DNA of 64,000 bases from Octopus vulgaris (taxonomy: Eukaryota). This document shows, in pieces, positions 51,285-62,679 of this stretch (positions within the stretch are counted from its first letter, which is position 1; each line of letters begins with the position of its first letter). Where the stretch lies: positions 54,188,001-54,252,000 of the forward strand of contig OX597824.1 of NCBI GenBank assembly GCA_951406725.2, in the 5' to 3' direction. Below the pieces are notes generated by a model that had not been told where the DNA came from, searched no databases, and saw nothing but the letters and a program-made list of their open reading frames with translations. The position numbers and the translations under genes were made by a program.

Positions 51285-51348
51285 ATTTGAAGCTGTATAT
51301 ATATAAAAAGGAATTAATGTTAATACTATTGCTACTTTATGATAATCC

Positions 51349-51399
<51 letters not shown>

Positions 51400-51400
<1 letters not shown>

Positions 51401-53439
51401 GTTTTTTCCTTCTTTCTTCAAATTTTCTTCCGTTTCTCGCCGAGTGTTTTCCATACACCTAGGTCAGAGAAGCATTCTCAGATTACATGTATGCATTCTC
51501 AGATTACACACGCAAATTCACAGATAAAATATGTATTTAAAAATTAATAAATAAATAAATTCATGGATGGATGTTGTTTTCACAGCGATAATGCTCTTCT
51601 CAGTACATGAGCCGTTCCAGTTAATACGATTTTTTGCACTTCCTGTAGGGATGGTAAGCCTGGAATCATTTTCAAATAGGTGTCAGTACCCTTTTTTATC
51701 ATTCCTAGAGATCCTACAATCACTGGTACTGTAGTCTCCTTGAGATGCCACATTTTTTCAATTTCTATTAGCAGGTCTTTATATTTACTAATTTTGTCAA
51801 ATTCTTTCGCTGCTATATTGTGATCGCAAGGGATACTCATATCAATTAATAAACACATCTTTTTTGTCTGATATTTTATAATAATATCCGGTTTATTAGC
51901 TTTTATAGTCTTGTCGGTCTGTATGGGGAAGTCCCATAGAATTGACACATTTTCTCCCTCAGTCACAGCTTCAGGATGGTGTTTATACCATTTGTCAGTG
52001 GTTTTGATTTTGTAATACCGACATATTGTCCAATGTAAATACTGGCCGACTCTGTCATGCCTTGCTTTATATTCTGCAGGTGTTAAGACTCTACACCCTG
52101 AGATTAGGTGGTCTATTGTTTCAATCTCATCGTTACAGAATCGGCATTTTGGGTCAGCTCCACTTTTTATTACATTGGCTTGGTAGTTCCAGGTTAATAA
52201 GCTTTGGTCTTGAGCAGCTAATATGAAACCTTCACTCTCTGCTTTTAGCCCTGAGCTTCGTAACCATTGGTGCATGTGTTTCTGGTCGACATCAGCTTGT
52301 TTGCTACGGGCCACATACTTGCCATGGAGAGATTTCTGTTCCCATCTGCTAGCTAAATTTTCATGTGCTTTTGTCTTTGCAATTAATTTTATTTTCTTTA
52401 TAGCTGCAGTTGGTGCATTTCCTTCAGCCTGATCAATCTGGTGGGTATCTAAGAGATCAGCAGCGAATTTTTTGCTCTCTTTGAGAATAGAGTGAAGTCT
52501 TTTCAGTCTTTCATGTTTTTCAACAAGTTTTAGCATCCAATCGTTGGTTGCTTCAAGGTATTTGGCTAGTCCGATTGTGGTGGTTTTGTATGTAAGTTCA
52601 AGCTGGATCAAACCTCGACCTCCTTGAGCTCTGGGAAGGTAAAGGCGATCCACGTCTTCCTTTGGATGGTGCATCTTATTACAAGTCAATAGCTTGCGGA
52701 TTTTTCTGTCAATTTTCATTATTTCACTGGTATTCCAGTTAAGCACATTGAAGCTATAAAGAACAACTGGTACTGCTAAGGAATTTATGGCTAACACCTT
52801 ATATGCATTCAGCTCAGACTTCAGGACTGCTCGAACTCTTCTATAACATTCCTTCCTAACCTTCTCTTTCATGTTTGCATGCTGGATACCAGAGCCTTTA
52901 TTTATTCCTAGGTATTTATAGGTTTGTTCCTGTTCAAGTTCCTTTATTACTGTTTTACATCTAATTCGAGTGAACTAGACTTTACCAATTTCCCTTTCTT
53001 AAAAGTGGCTTTGGTACACTTTTCAAGGCCAAATTCCATCCCGATATCATCACTGAATCCTTTCACGGTATGTAATAATCCTTCAAGCTCTTCATCATTT
53101 TTGCCATATAGCTTTAAATCATCCATATAAAATAGATGGCTTATTTTCCTGTTGTCAATTTTGTAGCCATATCCTGTTCTATTCAGTTCACTTGAGAGTG
53201 GTATTAGTGCTATGTAGAAAATTAGTGGTAAAAGTGAGTCACCTTGGAAAATTCCACAGTTTATGCTAATGTTGTTTGAGCGCAATACTCCATTAGAATG
53301 ATATAATTGGAGCTTCGTGTTCCATAGTGACATATTATACTTTAAAAAATCTGAAATCACAGGAGAAATTTTGAAAATGTCCTGTGATTTCAGAATCCAC
53401 AAATGCGGTATGCTGTCAAAGGCTTTTTTTATCAAAGGC

Positions 53440-53440
<1 letters not shown>
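51400..53440 (-). mobile_element. 5'-truncated R4/Dong-clade non-LTR retrotransposon (RT + RLE) in (TAA)n
   Basis: GIFQGDSL, YMDD, CRFC...HLISGC knuckle, RHD, KPDIII...LIDMSIP...K-KY RLE motif; (TTA)n on both flanks; frameshift near 52945. Confidence 0.9.
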
Positions 53441-53499
<59 letters not shown>

Positions 53500-53709
53500 G
53501 ATATTAAATACTCCAGGAAACCTATATGGTTAACCTAATATATTTAGAATTATCCAATGGAATATATCTCTAAATTCTTATCTTATGAAAGTTATTATTG
53601 GATTTATATACTAACCGTTGAGTAACCTATTTTGGATACCTAACTGTGTGCCAGTAAATGTTTGGAGAAATTCCTTACTAATTGTGATATATATATATAT
53701 AGTCTTCAT

Positions 53710-54694
53710 GGATATCAGATGTACAGGTACAATGAGTACAAAAAATCCACTGAAAATAGACTTCCTCAAGTGCTCAGGTGTATCATTAGAAGTAGTGGAT
53801 AGCTTCTGCTACTTAGGCAATCAAGTTAGTTGTGGAGGAGGAAATTCTGAAAGTATAGTTGCTAGAATAAGAATAAGGATGGGCAGAGTTCAGACAGCTG
53901 CTGCCTTCATTGGTAACAAAAAGCCTCTCCCTCAAAGTGAAAGGCAGATTGTTTGATACCTATTTATATACAGTTATGCTGCATGGCAGAGAAACATAGG
54001 CTATGGCTACAGAGGACTTGCAAAGGATTGAAAGAAATGAAGCCAGTATGCTCCACTTGATGGTAATGTGAGTGTGCATATACAGCAGAGTAAATGATTT
54101 AAGAGGAAAACTGTATATAAGAGGCATTAGTTGTGTGCAAGAGAAAAGACTGTTGGTCTGGTCATGTGATGTGTATGGATGAGGACAGCTGTTTAAAAAA
54201 GTGCTGATCACTAATTGTGGTACGAATCTGTGAAAGGGGTAGACCCAGGAAGACAAGGGGCTAAGTGGTGAGAAAGAATCTTCGGATGCTGGATCTCACT
54301 GAGATGAAAATGGACTGGGACTTGTAGAAATTTGCTATATTTGATAAGAGATGTCAAGCTATGTAAAATCACAGCCATTCATACAGGAAAGCTTGTTCTT
54401 TATGGCCATGCCCCTCCTCCCTGTCTAGTTGAGAGGTCTTTGTCTTGCAGATGCTAGCTTCACATAAAAAGCACTTGTGCTGGTGCTATGTAAATTTACC
54501 TGTGCCGGTGGCATGTGAAATGTACCCAGCATACTCTGTAAAGTGGTTGGTGTTAGAAAAGGCATCCAGCTATAGAAACCATGCCAAAACAGACAATTAG
54601 AGTTTGGACAACTCTCCAGCTGGCCAGCTCCTATCAAACCATCCAACCCATGCCAGCATGGAAAATGGTCATTAAACAATGATGATGATGATGA

Positions 54695-54700
<6 letters not shown>
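53710..54700 (+). mobile_element. Diverged RTE 3' fragment
   Basis: VVDSFCYLG through the C-terminus, 3' UTR and (GAT)n tail. Confidence 0.8.
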
Positions 54701-54732
<32 letters not shown>

Positions 54733-54807
54733 CATACAAGCACATAATATGGAGAAAAACCAGACACCAAACAGAAAAATAAACAACATGCTTCCAGAAA
54801 AACAGCA

Positions 54808-55685
54808 CATCATCATCATCATCATTTAGCGTCCGCTTTCCATGCTGACATGGGTTGGACAGTTCAACTGGGGTCTGGGAAGCCAGAAGGCTGCACCAGG
54901 CCCAGTCTGATCTGGTAATGTTTCTATGGCTGGATGCCCTTCCTAACACTAACCACTCCATGAGTGTAGTGGGTGCTTTTTACGTGCCAGACAAGGCTGG
55001 CAAACGGCCACGATCGGATGGTGCTTTTTATGTGCCACCGGCACAGAGGCCAGTCAGGGTGGCACTGGCAATGGCCACGTTCGGATGATTCTCTTATGTG
55101 CCACCGGCACTGGTATCACAGCTACAATTTCTATTGATGTTGATCGATTTTGATTTTGATTTTGATCTTGATCTTCACTTGCCTCAACAGGTCTTCACAA
55201 GTAGAGTTTTATGTCCCAAGAAGGAAAGGTATGCATAAGTGGACTGGCTACATCCCAGGTAGAGGCCATGGGTTATGGTCTCACTTGTCCTGCCGGGTCT
55301 TCTCACGCACAGCATACTCCCAAAGGTCTAGGTCTCTACTCATTTCCTCGGTGAGACCTAAAGTTCGAAGGTCATGCTTCATCACCTCGTCCCAGGTTTT
55401 CCTGGGTCTACCTCTTCCACAGGTTCCCTCAACCGCTAGGGTGTGGCACTTTTTCACACAACTATCTTCATCCATTTTCTCCACATGACCATACCAGTGC
55501 AAACGTCTCTCTTGCACACCACAACTAATGTTTCTTAGGTCCAACTTTTCTCTCTAGGTACTTATACTCTGTCGAGTATGAACACTGACATTACACATCC
55601 ATCGGAGCATACGGGCTTCATTTCTTGCAAGCTTACGCATATCCTCAGCAGTCACGGCTGTTCGTACACATGCGTCATACAGTCT
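54808..55685 (-). mobile_element. 5'-truncated RTE LINE
   Basis: ORF 55281-55544 C-terminus plus 3' UTR. Confidence 0.9.
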
Positions 55686-56214
55686 AAATACATCAAAGAA
55701 ACAGATCACTCAACAAAACTGTCCTCAGTCCCTAATGTCAGCCCCAATCATTCATAGGAGTAACTACTTACCAAAATTAGATGGCCCAATGAAAACAGCA
55801 ACTTCAAACAACTTCGAGTCACCATGGGGATGCCAGTCATTTCTTCTCTTAATGATGTCACAGATGCATGTTAGGAATACTAGAAGGTTACACAATAGTG
55901 GAGATCATATGATCACATAATTCTCCCAGGTTTTGTTACACAAAAACTGCTCTCTCCTCAACATATAGAACTTGTATCTGATGTCTTCATGTGCCATTGC
56001 ATCTAATGCCTCAGAAAACAGTAACTGTTACTTTAAGCTACTTGGCCCTCATCAACTTGCTGGATGAATTTGGTGGTCCTGACAAAATCTGACCATTAAG
56101 AATGTTTCTTTGTCTTAGTGGCAGGGGATATGTTCTGCCAGAGGCCCCCAGCTCCTTCTCAGACCTAAACACAAAGGATTTAGCCATGTTATAAGCTTGC
56201 TACCTTGAAGTTAT

Positions 56215-57163
56215 TGTGGTTAGCAGTGTAGAACGACTGTGCAAAAGGAGAGGTGACAAATGAATGATTCCTTTTATACACCGCACAGTCACTTACAATA
56301 AAAGCAAAAATGGATATATGAGAAAGAGTGCCAGAAGGAAAAGAAAGACACAACCGTAGAATGTTTAGAGAAAGGTTTTATTTAGGTGCTAGCAGAGTGT
56401 GTCTGTGTGTACAACATAAGTACATATATAATAATAATAATAGACAGGCCGTCATGCATACATAAAGTGTATGTGTGTACAAACAAGGGTGTATGCGTGT
56501 GAGATAAAATACAGAGCATAGAAAGAGTCTACAACAGGATGCGTTCACACAAGATGAAGATAAATACTAGTTTGTAGTAAAGTACACAATAGTTGAAGTG
56601 CTGTAACAAGAAGTTGCGGCTACAATGCAGAGCCGGTTGAATCATGTGTCGTGTAAGCAGTTGTGGCTACAATGCTGTGCCGGTTACTTGATACAGGAAG
56701 ATCTCACAGGTTGAGCTTGCTGTTAACCATGGTGAAGTAATTCACAAACAGCGAGAAGATAAATCAGAGCAAATGTTGCTGTGTACATAGAGATGTTGTT
56801 GGTGCCATTAAGATGAAGGCGATGGAGATGGAGGTCCTGAATACTGCTGGGCGAAGTTGTGAGCTGCTGTTGGTGTTGTCTGTTGCTGGAACTGGCTGTG
56901 TGTTCTGTGGTCAGTGGCTAGACCTTAGAAGGTCTAGAACCAAAGACACTCGACTCGATGAATCGCTGTGTTTTAAAACAAATTATAAGCTCAAAAGGAG
57001 CTTTAGAAAAACTGTGTCACAGGACCTTATCAGAAGGTTGCGATTGGTTGGGTTGCACATTGGCATGTAATAGAGCAAGACACAAATTGCGCCAATACCA
57101 ACCAATCAGAGTAGTGGGCACAACAGGGTCCAAATAGCCGAAGGCTAGCTGTTATCTGCTACA
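56215..57163 (-). mobile_element. Possible solo LTR
   Basis: TGT...ACA ends, CCAAT motifs, TATA-like and AATAAA motifs on the minus strand; no TSD found. Confidence 0.25.
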
Positions 57164-58054
57164 TCCGTATTTATGTTATATATAACAGAGAGAGAGAGAA
57201 TTTTACTAAGCGTACGCTACAGCAGCAAAGGCTTTGAGCATGGCATGTTATTTCATTTCTTGCGTCAAAATGGAATCAACAATATTGATGTTCAATACAA
57301 ACAAAAGATAGATAAAAAAAAGGAACAATTTGCCACATACCAAATTACATTACTCAAGGACTGAAGTGAAATTACTCTGCCTGGAATTGAACCTGTCACA
57401 GGTTAGGCTGACGGGAGTGGGTTCACCACTATATATCACTCCTTAGTCCTTACACATGTGTACACTACAGACATACTTACATGCATACACACAATACACA
57501 TGCACACACACATGCACACAAACATGTGTATTTATAAATCTTTATCAAAGGAAACTACAGAGATTCTTTACCAAAGCTATTGGCAATAAGGAAGTATTAT
57601 CTCTAAACATAACCTCTTCAAATTTTCTATGAATACACTAATGAGACTCTCACTCATTTTTCTTCTTTCATTCACCTCACCATATTCTTCTATCTCATCC
57701 TCTTCCACCTTATTCTCTCTTTTTATGTTTTCTTACATATTTTTACATATTTTTCATATATTATCCTCTTTCTGTTTCAATTGCATATTATTGTTATCTA
57801 CTTCATCATCATTATCGATAATAACATTAACAATACCACCAACCCATTTCCCTCATTACCCCCCTCCCATCATCATTATAACAATATTGCTGTCTTTGTA
57901 GTTATTAAAGGCAGTAAGTCATGCCCCTTATGTTTTGAGTTCAATTCCTGCGAAGGTTGATTTCATCTTCTAGAATCAATAAAGTACAAGTGCTAAGTAT
58001 TGGGGTTATACCTTTGTATCTATGTCATAAATACTTTTGTCATTATGATCATTA

Positions 58055-58283
58055 AAGGTGGTGAGCTGGTAGAACTATTAGCATGTCAGATAAAATGCTC
58101 AGAAGTATTTCTTTGAGTTTTACATTTTGAGTTCAAATTCTGTTGAGATTGACTTAGCCTTTCTTCCTTTTGGGGTCACTAAAATAAATACCAGTCAAGC
58201 ACTTGGGCTTGACTGGTATTTGTAATTGATTTGGTCCCTCCCTCAAAATTTCAGGCCTTGTGCCTATAGTAGAAAAGATTATT
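58055..58283 (+). mobile_element. tRNA-derived SINE (same family as 17226)
   Basis: Collinear homology to 17226-17446. Confidence 0.75.
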
Positions 58284-58642
58284 AATATTAGTTTATAGCC
58301 AGATTGTATTGAGAAGACCAAAGTTAAGTCATATTAGACGGGAAATATATGCTCAGTGAAAATATTCTTTTCTAGCAAATCTGGTAGAGTACTAAACTAT
58401 TTAGTTTTATCTTCAGACATTCCAAGTTGTTCAAACCCTGCTTTCATCTCACGTATTGGTTTCATATTGTCGACAAAAATCCTCCCTCTACAAAGTTATG
58501 ACCTCACACAATTTCTTTGATCATTTATCCTCCGCACCTCCTCTTCCTCCTCCTTATATAAAGAGCTGAACAAAAATGCTTAGTAGTATATATTCTGGCT
58601 CTTTATATTTTGAAATGTAAATGAAATCCCTGGCATGGCATA

Positions 58643-59170
58643 CTATTGAGTAGCACTGCTGGTTTGAGATAAACTCTACAGATATGGAAACACTGCCTGA
58701 TGGGACAGCCCAAGATGCACACAGAGTGACAAAATCATCTGCACACACTTGCACAGTGTTTGAACATTGCTGACTTGTATTGAACAGTTCAGTTCCTGCT
58801 GGAATCAACTTTACTTTCATCCTATCAGAGTCAATAAAATAAACCACCAGTCTTATACTGGTGTTAATAAACCCCTTCCCCTTAAAACAGCTGGCTTTTT
58901 GGCCTAAATTAGAAACCTTCATCATTATTATTGTTATTTAGCTGGTTTGTTGCAGAGGACTTCCATAGATAGACTGCAGATCTTCCATAGATAACTAATA
59001 TTTAGGAATCCTTGGCATTGCATGCTATTGAGAAGCACTGCTGGTTTGAGATAAACTCTACAGATACAAAAACATTGCCTGATGGGACAGCCCAAGATGC
59101 ACACAGAGTGATTAAATCATCTGCACACACTTGTGCAATGTTTGAACATTGCTGACTTGTGTTCAACAGC
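58643..59170. repeat. ~145-bp direct duplication (58643-58788 / 59026-59169)
   Basis: gcactgctggtttgagataaactctacagata...gaacattgctgacttgt occurs twice, separated by a SINE remnant. Confidence 0.85.
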
Positions 59171-59769
59171 TGTTATGGCATATAAGACAAATCTAGCAAT
59201 TTGCCAAATCCATCGTAAGGATTGCTCCACCACTCATCTTTAAAAGGGCAGGGCAGGCAGTATTCTTCTGTCTAGCGGCTATGGCAAAAGAAGTTGTGAG
59301 GTGGACAAGCTGAAAGGACTGAAGAAAGACATCTTCCTCTCCTGTCAAGATTACATTGGCTTTTTAAGGATTGATTTGGAAAGGAAAGTGAGGGTGGGGG
59401 AGGAAGTGCTACTGTAAATTGAAGAATAAGTGTTAGGCAAGGGCTTGTGCTTTTTGTGGTTTGGTATTCCTGGATCTCTTGGGGTTCCTTGATTGGCCCT
59501 AGTTGAAGGTTTTCCTATATCAAAATTAGTACTTTGTGTACTATATATAAACTTTTACCTCATTTCATCATCTTTTCTCTTTCCTTTATTCTCTTATTTA
59601 AATCCAACACAAAGTGTAGACTGTCCTTGTGATACCCTCCCCATCAATGCCCCTGTAGCTAATAAAAGAAATCACCATCGTCATCATCATCATCATTGTT
59701 GTTGTCATTGTTATCGTTGTCATCAGTGTTGATGTCGTTGTCATCGTTGCTGTCCCCATCACCATCACT

Positions 59770-59770
59770 G

Positions 59771-59842
<72 letters not shown>

Positions 59843-59872
59843 GCATCATCATCATCATCATCATCATCATTA
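59770..59872. repeat. (CAT)n microsatellite
   Basis: Directly visible. Confidence 0.95.
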
Positions 59873-59874
59873 TT

Positions 59875-60092
59875 AAGGTGGTGAGTTGACAGAATTGTTA
59901 GAATGCTAGATAAAATACTTATTGGCATTTCGTCCATCCTTATATTCCCAGTCTAAATTCTGCCGTGGTCAATTTTGCTCTCCATCCTTTTGAGGTTGAT
60001 GAAATAAGTACCTGTTGCATATTGGGATCATTATAATCGACTTAAACCTTTCCCTAAAGTTGCTAACTTTATACCAAAATTTGAAACCATTA
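59875..60092 (+). mobile_element. tRNA-derived SINE (related to 17226)
   Basis: Same head and Nin-like core. Confidence 0.7.
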
Positions 60093-60292
60093 TCATCATC
60101 ATCATCATTGTCGTTGTCGTCGTTGTCGTCGTCATCATTGTTGTTGTTGTTGAGTGAGTGAGAGAGAGCAGTGCATGTCATTAAAGTGACACTAGGGTAA
60201 AATATATGAAGCCCAGTATATCCACCATGACTATCCATCTGATAAGAGTACACCAGGTGCATGCATCACAACCATATGTGTGTGACATGGTG

Positions 60293-60344
<52 letters not shown>

Positions 60345-60900
60345 TGAGTGAGAGAGCAGTGCATGCCATCAAAGTGACACTGGGGTAAAATATATGAAGC
60401 CCAGTATACCCATCATGACTACCCGTCTGATAAGAGTACACTAGGTACATGCATCACAACCATGTGTGCGTGACATGGTGATCTCATATCAAGAGAAACA
60501 GCACATGACCTTGCAGGTGGGGCCCAGTTAGAATTTTCTTCAGGTCGAGTAACCCATCCCACTCGAAAGGTCCCTGAATAAGGGTTGTTTAAGGATGTTG
60601 AATGAAACACCCATGTTTCCAGAGGTGAATTATTCAAACCCCAAAGAATCCCTCTCAACACACGGCTATGATGCTCCCCCACTACTTCTGCTCGTGATCA
60701 GAGATGCACATATCGTCAGCCACTAAGGGACATGCTCAACTGGTTATGGTCAAACAACTGACAAGCAAATCTGTGGTATTGAGCAGAATATTTTCTGTAG
60801 CCCATCTTTTATACCAAGACAAAACAATGTACATGATAACACTTCCAATCAGTTAAGATCAGAAGCCATGAGAGCCACTGCCTGGTACTGCATCAGGGCA
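60345..60900. mobile_element. Unclassified 555-bp interspersed element bounded by (ATT)n; partial copy at 60157-60292
   Basis: Non-coding GC-richer block between trinucleotide runs, with its first ~135 bp duplicated upstream. Confidence 0.55.
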
Positions 60901-60944
60901 TTTATTATTATTATTATTATTATTATTATCATTATTATTATTAT

Positions 60945-62310
60945 TCCTATTTATCATAGTCCTCCAGGCAATACCAGAGGAATTCAAGACAGGATGCCCC
61001 TGGGAGATCCTCAATGCTGATGACCTTTCTCTAATTGCTGAGTCACTATCAGAACTGGAGGAGAAGTTTCAGGTGTAGAAGCAAGGATTAGAATCAAAGG
61101 GCCTTAGAGTCAACGTAGCTAAAACCAAAGTCCTAATAAGTAAGAAGGTAGACAAATCACAAACACCTTCAGGTAGATGGCCCTGCTCGATCTGTAGAAA
61201 AGGCATAGGTAGAAACTCTATAAGATGCACCAAATGTAAGCTATGGACACATAAGAGGTGCAGCAATGTCAAGGGAAGGCTAACTAGGAAAATAGTTTTT
61301 GTATGTGGCAGATGCTCAGGAGCAATAAACACTGAAAATGCACAGAGACCAACTTCCACCGCATTCCAGAGACAAAAACTAGAAATAGTTGATAGCTTCC
61401 GTTACCTAGGTGACCAAGTCAGTAGCGGGGGTGGGTGTGCTGAAAGTGTAACTGCTAGAGTAAGAATAGCCTGGGCAAAGTTCAGAGAGCTCTTACCTCT
61501 GCTGGTGACAAAAGGCCTCTCGCTCAGAGTAAAAGGCAGACTGTATGATGCATGTGTACGAACAGCCATGCTACATGGTAGTGAAACATGGGCCGTGACT
61601 GCTGAGGATATGTGTAAGCTCGCAAGAAATGAAGCCAGTATGCTCCGATGGATGTGTAATGTCAGTGTTCATACTTGACAGATTGTAGGTACCTTGAGAG
61701 AAAAGTTGGACCTAAGAAGCATCAGTTGTGGTGTGCAAGAGAGCCGTTTGCGCTGGTATGGTCATGTGACGAGAATGGATGAAGATAGTTGTGTGAAAAA
61801 GTGCCACACCCTAGCGGTTGAGGGAACCTGTGGAAGAGGTAGACCCAGGAAAACCTGGGGCAAGATGGTGAAGCATGACCTTCGAACTTTAGGTCTCACC
61901 GAGGAAATGACTAGAGACCGAGACCTATGGAAGTATGCTGTGTGTGAGAAGACCCGGCAGGACAAGTGAGACCATAACCCATGGCCTCTACCTGGGATGT
62001 AGCCAGTCCACTTATGCATACCTTTCCTTCTTGGGACACAAAACTCTACTTGTGAAGACCTGTTGAGGCAAGTGAGAATCAGAATCAGAATCAAAATCAA
62101 AATCGATCAACATCAATGGAAATTGCAGCTGTGATACCAGTGCCGGTGGCACGTAAAAAGCACCCTCAACACTAATGGAGTGGTTGGCGTTAGGAAGGGC
62201 ATCCAGCCATAGAAATATTGCCAGATCAGACTGGGCCTGGTGCAGCCTTCTGGCTTCCCAGATCCCCGTTTAACCGTCCAACCCATGCTAGCATGGAAAG
62301 TGGACGCTAA

Positions 62311-62341
<31 letters not shown>
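60945..62341 (+). mobile_element. 5'-truncated RTE LINE
   Basis: RT end, PHD insert, C-terminal ORF 61694-61969, 3' UTR and (GAT)n tail. Confidence 0.92.
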
Positions 62342-62342
<1 letters not shown>

Positions 62343-62418
62343 ATATATATATATAATAGAAATATTAAAATTACTAAGTCTCTATAAAAGAGATTACGAC
62401 AGCGTTTACTGGAAATTA

Positions 62419-62566
62419 ATTGTTATCGCCATATTAATATGGCATTCTTATAGTTATAAGAATAATCGCTGCCGCTGGTCAGCTCCATGAGGCCTCATGG
62501 AGCTGACCAGCGGCAGCGATTATTCTTATAACTATAAGAATGCCATATTAATATGGCGATAACAAT
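62419..62566. repeat. Perfect 148-bp palindrome without spacer
   Basis: Centre ccatgagg|cctcatgg at 62492/62493; 74-bp arms. Confidence 0.95.
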
Positions 62567-62588
62567 ATATATATATATATTATCATCG

Positions 62589-62628
<40 letters not shown>

Positions 62629-62646
62629 TATTATTATTATTATTAC

Positions 62647-62679
<33 letters not shown>

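Larger units (their letters stand above)
50411..51346 (-). mobile_element. Truncated Penelope-like element: GIY-YIG remnant between inverted, hammerhead-bearing pLTR arms
   Basis: Arms 50411-~50582 and ~51176-51346. The spacer encodes, on the minus strand and disrupted, IYRYKVTFEENEY...ATA.FKKRLDNHLNSFRD...YTINWDLIGTAKP.RPG..KCDLCIE. Confidence 0.75.

Noticed and set aside
59493-60450. Poly-M/D/S/I ORFs
   Set aside because: Translations of (CAT)n and (ATT)n repeats.
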